A DNA stretch of 33,000 nt. Origin: Dicyema japonicum. Lineage: Eukaryota; Animalia; Dicyemida. The DNA lies in the NCBI GenBank assembly GCA_011109175.1, contig RDEW01000042.1, positions 471,504 to 504,503 on the forward strand, written 5' to 3'. Shown here piece by piece: positions 22,090 to 31,957 of this stretch. A program made the translations under genes and the position numbers. Below the pieces are notes generated by a model. That model did no database searches, was not told the DNA's origin, and worked only from the letters and a program-made list of their open reading frames with translations. How positions within the stretch are numbered: the first letter of the stretch is position 1; each line of letters opens with the position of its first letter.

Positions 22090-22343
22090 TTTCCCCCTAA
22101 TGCTTGACCACGCCGCAATCAAAAATAACGTCTTCGGCTTCATCGGTCTGTGTGATCAAGAAGCAAGTCGTTTCTTCCATTCAAGGTTGGAGGCTTCGAA
22201 TACACGAAATTTGGGGAAAAAACACACCTCTCTTCAAACTCTAATGAAAGATGATCGTTGTCTATTCAGGAAAGCCATAGGTACTCTGGAGGAACATAGG
22301 AAAAACCTCTCGATTTTTTTGAGGCGTACTTGGGATCACTTAA
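22090..22343 (+). mobile_element. LINE ORF2 3' end (GIT* family)
   Basis: DDRCLFRKAIGTLEEHRKNLSIFLRRT (frameshift) GIT*. Confidence 0.6.
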
Positions 22344-22429
22344 TTAGTTGGTTTACCTTTTCTTTTTTGGTGTTCCTTTTTTCGAAGTTATCAAATAAAT
22401 AAATAATAAGGAATTAGGAAACCCATGCG

Positions 22430-22557
22430 GGAGACTACCAGTCTCTCCTAAACGACAACTGGATTGAGTTACTCGAGAAACATTTCGAAAGGCAGTGAGG
22501 TCGCTGACGGTCCACCTAAGGAAAGTGTCAGAGTTACTAGAAGCTGGGATCATTTAA
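22430..22557 (+). mobile_element. LINE ORF2 3' end (GII* variant), tandem to previous
   Basis: RETFRKAVRSLTVHLRKVSELLEAGII*. Confidence 0.6.
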
Positions 22558-22609
22558 TTAACTCACTTTGGCACTTTCTTTCTTAGTATTCTATCTCCCC
22601 CCATATAGC

Positions 22610-22845
22610 CTAACGATGGAATCCCCATTCTATTTGCTGGCGACTTATCAGTTCGATCCCATCGGTTAGGGATACAAGTCACCGAGTCCAGTAAATACTG
22701 GAAATACCTTCACCCATAGATCCTCTGAATGAGGAACGTCGTGGATACAGGAATTTGGTGAAAACACCTAAATTCATCCTCTGTGATGAGGAATGGCGGG
22801 ATTGCATAACTTGTTAGGCTTAACGACTTGGCTTAGGTCATGATA
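22610..22845 (+). mobile_element. APE endonuclease C-terminal half relic
   Basis: PILFAGDLSVRSHRLG (cf. GDFNA.H..WG), TFTHRS..GTS, and a decayed L.SDH end. Confidence 0.55.
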
Positions 22846-23110
22846 CTAGGTCATGATATGCTTTTGTGAAGCCGGTCCTGTTATTTACCTCTTCCTGCTG
22901 GGGGGACCTCAGTCTCAGGAACCAAGAATCTTAACTCTCACTTACCATCCATGTTTTATGTATCGTACTGCCCAGCAAAAAATCGTTGCACATACTCATT
23001 TTCCTTACTTGGAAAGACAGGCAATAGAACAATAATAAACATTTCCATAAACAAACAAAGCGAGTAATCCAATTGAATAAATTAAATTCATTAAAATTAA
23101 ACAATAACAA

Positions 23111-24110
23111 CTATCCTTTGATAACTTCAATTAGACGAAATTTGATGCACTTTTTACTAACACACATGTGTCCACTATTTCGGAAACTTCTTCATATGAC
23201 TGGGTAGCCTCTTCCATTATCAACTTGGGGGAGGCCACTCTGATAGAGATTTCCTTTCAGTCTTATTACTTCCAGCACCGTGACACGTGGCTTTAAATAA
23301 CTCAGAAAAGCCCACGTCTGTCTTAGTCTGCACATAAGTACACGTGCCCATCGTCCTAGGCTGGTCAGTCAACTACTAATATAAACTCTAGCAAACTTGG
23401 TAATCAATAGGGGTCAAAGGTTATAAGGCGGAAATGGTCGGGATGATCCCATCCGTCTCCCATCAACCTCATGTCCTCCACTTTAGCGATGTTAACGAGA
23501 CGTCATATATCACATGCATGTCTAACTCTTCCGGGAAGTCTCAAACCGTTTGTAGAAGGCCTTCAAATTAGTGTGGACAATACCTGCCGCGTAAGAAACG
23601 TAATCGAGAATCGGTTCACTAAGGAATAGTTGACCGCTGCAGCCATCGCTTTTAAATAGTTCTGGCCTTTTGCTGAACTGATTCTTGCGCAGGCCAGTTA
23701 AAGTCATTCATATCAATCTGGTCTCTTCTTATAGACTTGTCCATTACAACCAGAGAATCTTGGTTGAATCAAAAGAATTAACCAGTAGCATCTTGGTGAC
23801 TCAGTTTTCGACTTCCACTGTGGATCACCACAAAGACTTGGCTTACTTTGTCGATCCCCATCTTGGAGGAGGCAAATTGTCGTAAATTGAATCTCTACAT
23901 AGTGATTTTTCGCACCCTATTTACATAGCTGAAGAAAATCTTTTTTCTTGGACTTGAAATTGACTTTGGAAGGGTCCGCCTGTAACATGCGACGTACTCT
24001 CCACAATACTCCTTACCCTCAGCCGACGAGTATCCCTGGGGGTCTATAGAACATCAACCTTGTCCATTCCACGCCCATCAACAGGGACTCTTCAGATCCC
24101 TGAATTACAA
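23111..24110 (-). pseudogene. RTCB: RTCB RNA-splicing ligase relic (C-terminal ~60%) with four micro-introns
   Basis: GYSSAEGKEYCGEY, RMLQADPSKV, NHYVEIQ, KMGIDKVSQVFVVIHSGSRKLSHQDAT|[40 protein letters not shown]|AFYKRF, DMHVIYDVS, NIAKVE, DYQ|[29 protein letters not shown] and VIKG*. Introns 24036-24058 (23 nt), 23759-23782 (24), 23561-23583 (23) and 23373-23396 (24). Many frameshifts and deletions. Confidence 0.95.
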
Positions 24111-24799
24111 GGTTAACTCGCCAGGGCAACCACTGTTCGACCATTTGTTTATTTTAATTTGTCATTAATAATAATATGTTGGCTTAATTTTTTATTTACT
24201 GAATAAAGAAAAAATAGAAAAATTATCCAAGAAATTAAAATTATTTATTAGTCTACTAATTGTAGACAATACGTTACGGATACGTGTAATCTTCATTTGA
24301 AATTATTTGTTAATAACAAGTGTTTTAAGCGTTTATTAAAAACATGCTTAAACTTTTGGAGGGACTCTTTAGATGCTAAATATTTCAACTTTCCTTCTTT
24401 TTTCGAACTGATAGTGACAAAATTTTCGCAAGAAACGTTGTTAGATGAGAACATGCTAATGGCATCTCAGGTTGATTATCTATTCAGTTCAAGGATGTTA
24501 TGATTCCTTACTTGGTTGATCCATTACGGAGTTCGAATTCTTGGTTAAATAACATTCATCCAAAAATAGAGTTTATAAAACAACAAATATTTGAATTTTT
24601 TACAAAAAAAACGATTTTGCAAAACGTCGGCAGTGTTGGAGGCTAATAAAATTAGAACAATTTTATATCAATATACAACGGGAAATAAAAATCTATGGTT
24701 TCTAATAATTTTTGATTTCAGGTCTCCACCGGAAGATTGAACTGGGGGACAAACTATTGACTATAATGAGATCTTTAGAACAAGCATGTCAGACAGGCG

Positions 24800-25060
24800 A
24801 ACCTCTGTAAGCAGGCGTGCGCCCAGCACAAGGGATTGTTACACATTCGACGACAGTGGGGTGGACATGTCATTAAAATGCGACCACCAGAGAAAAGTAG
24901 CGGATTTCTGTCAATGGCTTGTTTGAAAGACCGTCGTTAAGCGCGTTCACGTGGACAGAAGACGTTCATACACTCAAACTATACGTTCTCCCTATATACG
25001 AACGTTCCCAGGACAACGACAGTATTTTACAAGGTGCGTGCTTCCACTGTTTGTCGGACA
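24800..25060 (-). mobile_element. GIY-YIG endonuclease fragment, probably Penelope-like
   Basis: HLVKYCRCPGN (frameshift) SYIGRTYSL..SVHVNAL. YIG lies at 24990-24998. Confidence 0.5.
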
Positions 25061-25109
25061 CTGGTTACTTGCTCCATATTATTATTATTATTAATGGCAA
25101 TGTCCGTGG

Positions 25110-25265
25110 AACCAGAAAAGTTAACTAATTTGAGATTCCACTTTTTCCATACATCTCTGGACATGCGCTATGAGTCGTTTCCATCCTCCCATGTTTCTCG
25201 CATCCGCCCTCAGATCAACCAGATCCTCAATGTTTTCAATTTTCTTCCTACTTGGTCCATAACAT
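25110..25265 (-). mobile_element. RTE-like extreme 3' end
   Basis: KIENIEDLVDLRADARNMGGWKRLIAHV parallels the L.S..DL..LR..A.DR..W tail of RTE elements and the copies at 21.3 and 31.6 kb. Confidence 0.45.
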
Positions 25266-25399
25266 GATATAAATTGTTTCATTTATTGGCATAATTTTAA
25301 CAAATTTAAAAAATAATAATAAATTGTATCTTATGGAATTGTAGTGATCAAGAAGTATCGATTTGAAAGTCCAACCTGGTATGAAGGATTAAATGTCGA

Positions 25400-25720
25400 T
25401 CATTAATTTTTATACTTCCAAGACAGGTCTTGCAAACCACGTGACTGATTTATTTATCTCTTAGCTTCTGGAACTTACTATAAACATGAAAAACCTGATG
25501 TTGCATTAGAATTGGTAGAATCGGGGAATTGTATGTCTTTGGAGTTGATCCACCTCGAAGATTCTTTAATTCTGGTATATATTGATTTGAACTAGAATTT
25601 AACAAAATCCAAGGGAAGTATCCTCGAGGATTTGGAACTACTGAAACCTTGAATAAAATAAAGAAAAGTAGTCAAATTATTAGCAACTTCATCAAGTCCA
25701 CTCAAAGAAGAGGTCGATTT
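25400..25720 (+). pseudogene. Unidentified gene relic with 21-nt intron
   Basis: Removing gtatatattgatttgaactag (25575-25595) gives VFGVDPPRRFFNS|EFNKIQGKYPRGFGTTETLNKIKKSSQIISNFIKSTQRR. Confidence 0.4.
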
Positions 25721-26426
25721 TCACAGAATTTCTTGAATTTGATGTTTCAGTTTATTAACTACTGCACGAACTTTATAAACATGAATAATAAATATTATTC
25801 ACGATTATTCGAATTCCTCTCAATATTTCAGAAATCTCTCTCACCGTGTTCTGTACTGTTGCATTAACAATTTTTAGAGAGACTACAAAGACTGGTAGAT
25901 ATAATCAGCTTTTAAGCCATATCAAGAATTATTGTGGGAGACATTAAAGATGTCTGCACTATATCTACTATAATAACAGTATGACATTCGGATTATATTA
26001 AGGGCACTCAATTCATCCACAATTATTCGGAAACTCAGTAAAACGAATGTTTTAAGTGTTTATTAAGTAATGGGAGATATTCAATCAGATTGTGGATATT
26101 TTTAAGACTCTGAAGACTAAAGTTCAAGTTGGATTGTGAAGTATAGAGTGCGACTGGATTAGAATTTTGAAGGTATTCTGAAATAGGCAAAAAAGGATAA
26201 TTTACGTGAATATTACGCCTGCTTGAAATTGGAGAATGAAGGACTGTGGAAACGCCACAATATGAAAATGAGTTCCTCAACCTCATGAAAATCTCATCCT
26301 TCCAAAAATGCATATTAATATAGCACTCAGACATGACCTCTCAAACTGCCTTCAGTGGATTTGTCCTTCTTCCATCGGTTTACTTACAACATATTTCAGG
26401 GATCCCTGGATATCGTCCGACATTAT

Positions 26427-26775
26427 GAATGGACCACGTGACAGCACGTGAGGACAATAGTGGCAAACAAGTCAATGATTTTCGGAATCTCTCAGAGCAC
26501 AGTATTTGAAACTAGTGATGTAGAGGTCATGACTAGATTGGTTTCCCCGGATAACAGGTTTGGGTGGTAATGGATGATGCCCGAAACTTGACTGGACCAC
26601 GTGACACAACGTGTGCACGTTACTAGATATTGACACAACGATTTTCGGGAGTCTACAGGTCTTAGTTTTTGTAAGAAGTAAGATAGAGGTCATGACGAGA
26701 CTGGTCACTAACGGATAACAGTTTTGAAAGGTAATGGCTGATGGCCCAAAGATTGAATGGATCACGTGTGCACAA
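26427..26775. repeat. Imperfect tandem repeat, 163-165-bp unit, ~2.1 copies
   Basis: Units start at 26427, 26590 and 26755. Shared blocks: ggaccacgtgaca, gattttcgg, tagaggtcatgac, cggataacag and ggtaatgg. Confidence 0.85.
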
Positions 26776-28747
26776 TGTATCTTTGCTTACTGTTTGTCCG
26801 AGTAGGTCATCAATAATTATGTTATTCTTTTATTTTTTTATTAAAAAGACTGATGATTTAACATTTTAGTTCTACTTTTATATTAACTATGTCATTTTCC
26901 ACTTCTATTTTTACGTGATTTTTTTCAAGTTGTTTGATTTTAGTCGAAGTATCGTTAGGAGCTATACGTGACTCTTTTTCCTTATTCTGTATTTTGAATT
27001 GTTAATTCTGAAATCCCTTTGTTCCGAAAATAACGGCGATATTCATTCATTACTATTTCCAACAGATAATGTGTTATTGTTAGAATCTATGATTTGTTGG
27101 TACATCCCGTAAGGATAGTTGTTTAAAGTTATTATTTTGTTGTGGTTGGTTGTTTGTTTTTTGGAGTCTCATATTTCTCTTTAGTATTGTTTTTTTAATT
27201 TCAGCGTTTCGATCACTAAATCTTGTCCTACATTTATTCTACCCTTGGCTTCCTACTGTCGTTTCGTCGTTTCGAACATACCATGGGGTTTTCCCTCACT
27301 CTGCTTGTTTTCTTGACTATAATTTAAAACTCAGACCTTACATCCACCTACTAGTGGAGTTAGCCAGATTGGAGGGTTGCAGTTAAGCAATTTATATCAT
27401 TCAAAATGTTAAACGACAATGTTCGATCTTCTGATATTCCAAAACACCCTCATTGTTAAGTTTGAAGAAATGGATTTGGAGCACAAGACATTTGTAAAAA
27501 ATGCTCAAAAATTCCAAACTGTTCACAAAAGAAAGATCATAAACAAGTAATTGTTAAGATGCAATTTGAATGTCTGAAAATTCACTTACAAAACTATTAT
27601 GGAATCGTAAGTTAAGAGAATACTTCGGTACATACTCTATTTTTAAATATTTCAAATTCTACTAATGACAACTTTATTTTTGTTAATATAAAAATTACTA
27701 ACGTAATATGCATATTCTCATAATTGATTTGCTTATTGTTATATTGTTAAGAATAAATGTCCTATTTTGCTGCATGTGTCAGAGCTTGAGCCATACTTTC
27801 AACAACTTTCGCTGTCATCAGTTTCATAGACTTTTGTTTCTTCGGGACTGCTTATTACAAAGTCTGATCTATAAAGAAAATTTTTCCCTCTTTTTGTCCG
27901 ACTTACTCGATGTATTAATAAACATGTTTGTACCAGTTTATTTTATCTTGATTGAACGTGGAAACAAGAAAATCATATCTGAGACATCTCTCATATAGAT
28001 TACTAAGGTCATGTTCATAACCAACGTTGTTGTACATTCCGCAATTTTAAATTAATTTACTTTTAATATATTTAATTTTTTTAAACTTTGAGTTTTGTGG
28101 TTACTTTATGTCTGATTGTTTGCAAACAAATCCTAAGGGGCGTCTCATTAACGATCCCCTCGTGTAATCTGGGGATAGACAGTAGTTGATGTTTTTCTTT
28201 TGCCGCATGTGTTCTTGGGGGCCATAGCGCTAGATCAACCTGACAATCAAGTTCAATCTGCAGATTGCCCCGATAAGCATGTGATTTCGGATATACCTAT
28301 CCCTTTCCAGACTCAGTCCATGTCGGATACCGGAATCAGGTCTGAGGAACGATTGGCTTAAAACTTTTTGTAAAATGAGGGCCGTCTTCCGACTTCTTAC
28401 CTCTAATAGAACAGTATGAAGTTAACTAAGATGTCTTATTTATTTATAACCCCGGATACACAAGAAGAAGTTAAAGTAAACAACTAATTAAGTGTATCCA
28501 GTCTCCACTTTACAAAAACAGAGTCCATCCGGAATCAACATAAAGAATAAAGACGTCCATAGTTGCAGTTGTGGAAACCCCTCCAGTGGAGTGGGGGAGA
28601 AACTTAAATGTCTTCAATCACCTTGAGGATGTTAGTAGAAACAACCAAACAAATATTAAAACGAGAATAACTGATTATTTTAAAGTAAATTCATGTTTTT
28701 ATTTTTTAATTAGTCTGCTGGTTATTTGAGCGAACCTCGCTCGTCAT

Positions 28748-29790
28748 TCAAATAGGGAATAACCACGCAGTCAAGGCAGCCTCTATATGACCATTTGGGC
28801 AGGGCTTCGGCTCATATCTCCTGTTAGTCTGGAGATATGAGATGAGTAGCTCATGCAGAAAATGATCTGGCATCCTTGCTTCTATGATGAGAATTCTTTG
28901 TTTTGGATGAAAAGATCTTCTGTATATATAGGGAGATGTTGGGCCGATAATAGTCTTTGCGGCCTTTTGAATATTTGATGGTCGATGATCTTGAAACAAA
29001 GACCAAGCCTCACTTGCATAGAGCAATGTCGGCTGGACAAACTGTTTGTAGATCATCTGAAGGCATCCAGCGTCACTTCTGAGAACCTTGGTAACGACTT
29101 TTAATATCATCATCTCTTCAGTGCGTCGTTACCGGTTATCCAAATGCTTTGCGAAGGAGAGTCCCTGTCGAGTGTCACTCCAAGTATATTTGGTGTGGAA
29201 TTGATAAGAATTACTGTGTTATTGAGAGAAATGTTAGGTTTCAATGAATACTGCCTCTTGCACGTTGTAAATAGGGTAGTATAGGATTTTGTATGGGAAG
29301 CTTCAAGACAGAGTTTCTTGAGCCGAGAAGTTAAATTGTTAAGCGTGCTCTGGGCCATCGTGGTAGCAGTTTGTTACTTTTTGTCCTTTGCAGCGATATT
29401 GATATCGTTTGCGTATGATAGTACAAGACAATTTTCGTAGTGCGGTTTCGGAATGTCATTGATGTACAAGTTAAAAAGGACTGGCGATAATGGAGATCCT
29501 TGAGGGACTCCATTTTGATTTTATGTTATTGCAAATCACTTGTCCACGTCTCCACTTAAGAAGTTGGCAATCTACAGTTTTATTTGGGTGGATGCATGTA
29601 TCGTAATTTTCACAGTAAGGAGTTTTCTTAAGACTGTGTCGAAAGCCTTTGTTATATCAACAGAAACCAAGACTGTTTGTTGTTGCGGTTTAAAGGAATT
29701 GAATCCCTCCTCAATGAACTGGCACAGGGACGTTATGTTGCTGTGGAGTGTTTAGCCCGGAATCCATGTTAGAAAGGAGAGAGCAGGATG
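28748..29790 (-). mobile_element. Decayed LINE ORF2 (RT and thumb)
   Basis: HGFRAKHST, VLVSVDITKAFDTV, GVPQGSPLSPVLFNLYINDIP, YAND, TPNILGVTLDR and YKQFVQPTLLYASEAWS across frameshifts. Confidence 0.92.
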
Positions 29791-29883
29791 TAGTCCCTTC
29801 TTTGCTAAAAAATAACATTTAAATTAATCTTTAAAATTAAAAAAAGCATATATTAATTTATAAAAAATTCAAATTTGCCAATC

Positions 29884-29940
29884 GAATCCGCCGTAATTTC
29901 CCAGGTCCCAAATTTGGCGGATACGAGAAGTTTTACTGTA
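29884..29940 (-). mobile_element. Solitary Tigger/pogo-like terminal inverted repeat end
   Basis: Minus strand TA|CAGTAAAACTTCTCGTATCCGCCAAATTTGGGACC...GGCGGATT, with a TA flank and an internal atccgcc/ggcggat hairpin. I found no partner TIR. Confidence 0.4.
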
Positions 29941-30279
29941 CGTTGGAATTGTTTTGTATAAATGTAGTTAATTTTTTTTACATTCATGTGTTAGTGGAAG
30001 ACCAAGATTAACTTTTCCAGATGTATGACCTTAACTCTGAAGGAGTTGAAACCACGGAAAACTTTATGAGATCGTTGGCTGACGATCGAAAAGTATGGAA
30101 GAGACTACCATTTAATATTCTATTTTGGATTGCACATACTTCACGTGAATTGTGGGATTAGTGAATATAAAAATAAAACACAATTGTTAAACAATCATAA
30201 AGCAATCCTTCACAAACCATTTTGAAAATGTGTAATAATTAGATTTATTGTCACTTTTTTGAGTTGAATCTAGTGGTCG

Positions 30280-30660
30280 ATAAACATGTATGGAAATGCA
30301 AAAAGTGTAAGAAAAGGACGAGCATCAGAAATCTCTCATGATTTCAAGGTAGTGCAACTTTGATGATTTTTAGGTAGCCATCTAAGTCTTAGAACAATTT
30401 TGGAGCTAATGTGTATGTGGGCGAAAGAACATCTCGTTTGCGAAGTAGCTTTCGAACTTGAAATATCCAAGACAACTGTTGTGGACTGGAATACCTTTTG
30501 TCGAGAAACATGCGAGACATGGTTCGAGACAGTCCCACAGTTGCTTCGTGGACTTGACAAAAATAATCGTTTAAATTTATTTTGTTAATTAATAGAACCA
30601 AAAGTCGTGGAAATCGACGAGTCTAAATTCTTCCACCGCAAATACCATCGCGGTCAATGT
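30280..30660 (+). mobile_element. Merlin (IS1595/ISXO2-like) transposase N-terminal relic with two micro-introns
   Basis: Spliced: VDKHVWKCKKCKKRTSIRNLS*FQ|GSHLSLRTILELMCMWAKEHLVCEVAFELEISKTTVVDWNTFCRETCETWFETVPQLLRGLDKNN|QPKVVEIDESKFFHRKYHRGQ. Introns 30349-30373 (25 nt) and 30569-30595 (27 nt). Confidence 0.9.
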
Positions 30661-31329
30661 TGTCAAGATATCACTGACATACAAAATTTAGGATTTAGAG
30701 TTGAAATGAGTCATTATTGACTTGAGAAAGTTGATTATTTGTTCCCACATATTTATAGTCTAGACATTTCGTCCTCTCTCTTTTAATAGTATTGCTTAAA
30801 AAAGGGGCGGGGAATTTTAGTCGTAGTAGATGCAGCATTTTTCTGGGAACTTCAATAACACAAGTTAGCATAGCAGGTTTGAAAAGTTTCTCCCATAACC
30901 TGAGTTTTTTATTCTCAAAAAATTCCAATTTTTAGCAACAGACGAGTGTGAAAGGTAAAATTACCTAATTTCTAATTTTGAGAACTAAAATAAATACTGG
31001 TTTACTACTTTTCTGACTGTTTGCAAATCATCCATATTATAAAGGAAACTTTTAAAAATTTGTGCTTGATTCCCAGAATATCATCAGTCCATGATATAAG
31101 TAAATTATTTATCATTACTAATAAAAACATCTTAACAATTTGTTATGCATCCCGATTGCTTTTTATTGACAATGAAACTCAACGCACTCCACGTAAAATA
31201 TATTTTATATGGCAAAGTTAGCTTTTGTTACAATTCAACATACTTTAAGCTTGTTTCCATCATTCTGCATAAAGTAAGGTCCACTGATGACACAAGTTGA
31301 CCATCCTCATCAGTAGTCACGCTCTACAC

Positions 31330-31490
31330 TAATAATAAATGTTGTACGATCTTCAATTTGATAAACCAACCTTCATTCTCTGATTTCTTGTCATATTCTT
31401 CATAGCCATATCTTCTATCCAACTGTCAATCTTTGTTCCCCACAATTATTATTAGCACTTTCACGAGAGCCATAAAGTAGTCCGCATGTG
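31330..31490 (-). pseudogene. Possible Rab-type small GTPase G4 region relic
   Basis: AHAD..VLIIIVGNKD*QLDRRYGYEEYDKKSENEGWF loosely resembles HAD.NIVIMLVGNKSDL..RR.V..EE. No G1-G3 or G5 motif seen. Confidence 0.25.
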
Positions 31491-31509
31491 CAGCAAAAAA
31501 TATGAGAAA

Positions 31510-31957
31510 TAGTTAGGTTGCTCCAAGCTCTTCTGTTCTATGTTAGATCCTCAGTGAGTCCAGATCGTCACCAGATGCCAATGTTTTCTTCACGGCTTTA
31601 AGATCGTTTTGTAGAACGACCCTCAAGGTAGTTCTCGATCTTCCACGAAAGCGTTTTACATTGGAGGAGTAGTAATCTTCCATTGCGATATTCGGAGGGG
31701 ATATCGGGTCAAACCTCAGGAAGTGTCCAAGAAGTCTCCAACGAGAGCTAGTGATCTCGTGGCTTAATGGTGTACAGTCCATTCCGCGAGATCTTGAATG
31801 GCCAGGACATTCCAGTTATGTTTCTTAGATGATTCATGTGAAATGAGTATAGCCTCTCCAATTCCTCTTTAGAGGTGGCCCAGGCCCCAGAGTTGTATAG
31901 TAGGATTGGTTTGATGAAGTATTGTATAACATAATCCTTCGTATAACATGTTCCCAC
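31510..31957 (-). mobile_element. RTE-clade ORF 3' region
   Basis: IKPILLYNSGAWATSKEELERLYSFHMNHLRNITGMSWPFKISRNGLY and SRWRLLGHFLR...KRFRGRSRTTL. Confidence 0.88.

Noticed and set aside
23522-23885. Supplied ORFs looked like Gypsy RT (LDYVSY..GIVHT)
   Set aside because: They are off-frame or antisense readings of the RTCB relic, which aligns over ~1 kb.
31283-31314. actgatga / tcatcagt 8-bp inverted repeat
   Set aside because: No GAAA box or TSD, and it lies in coding-like sequence. Compatible with chance.
5660-31430. Alternative genetic code suggested by in-frame TGA/TAA/TAG inside conserved frames
   Set aside because: The stops replace different residues (Gly in disco, Trp in Merlin and the LINE), involve all three stop codons and co-occur with frameshifts. 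This indicates decay, not reassignment.
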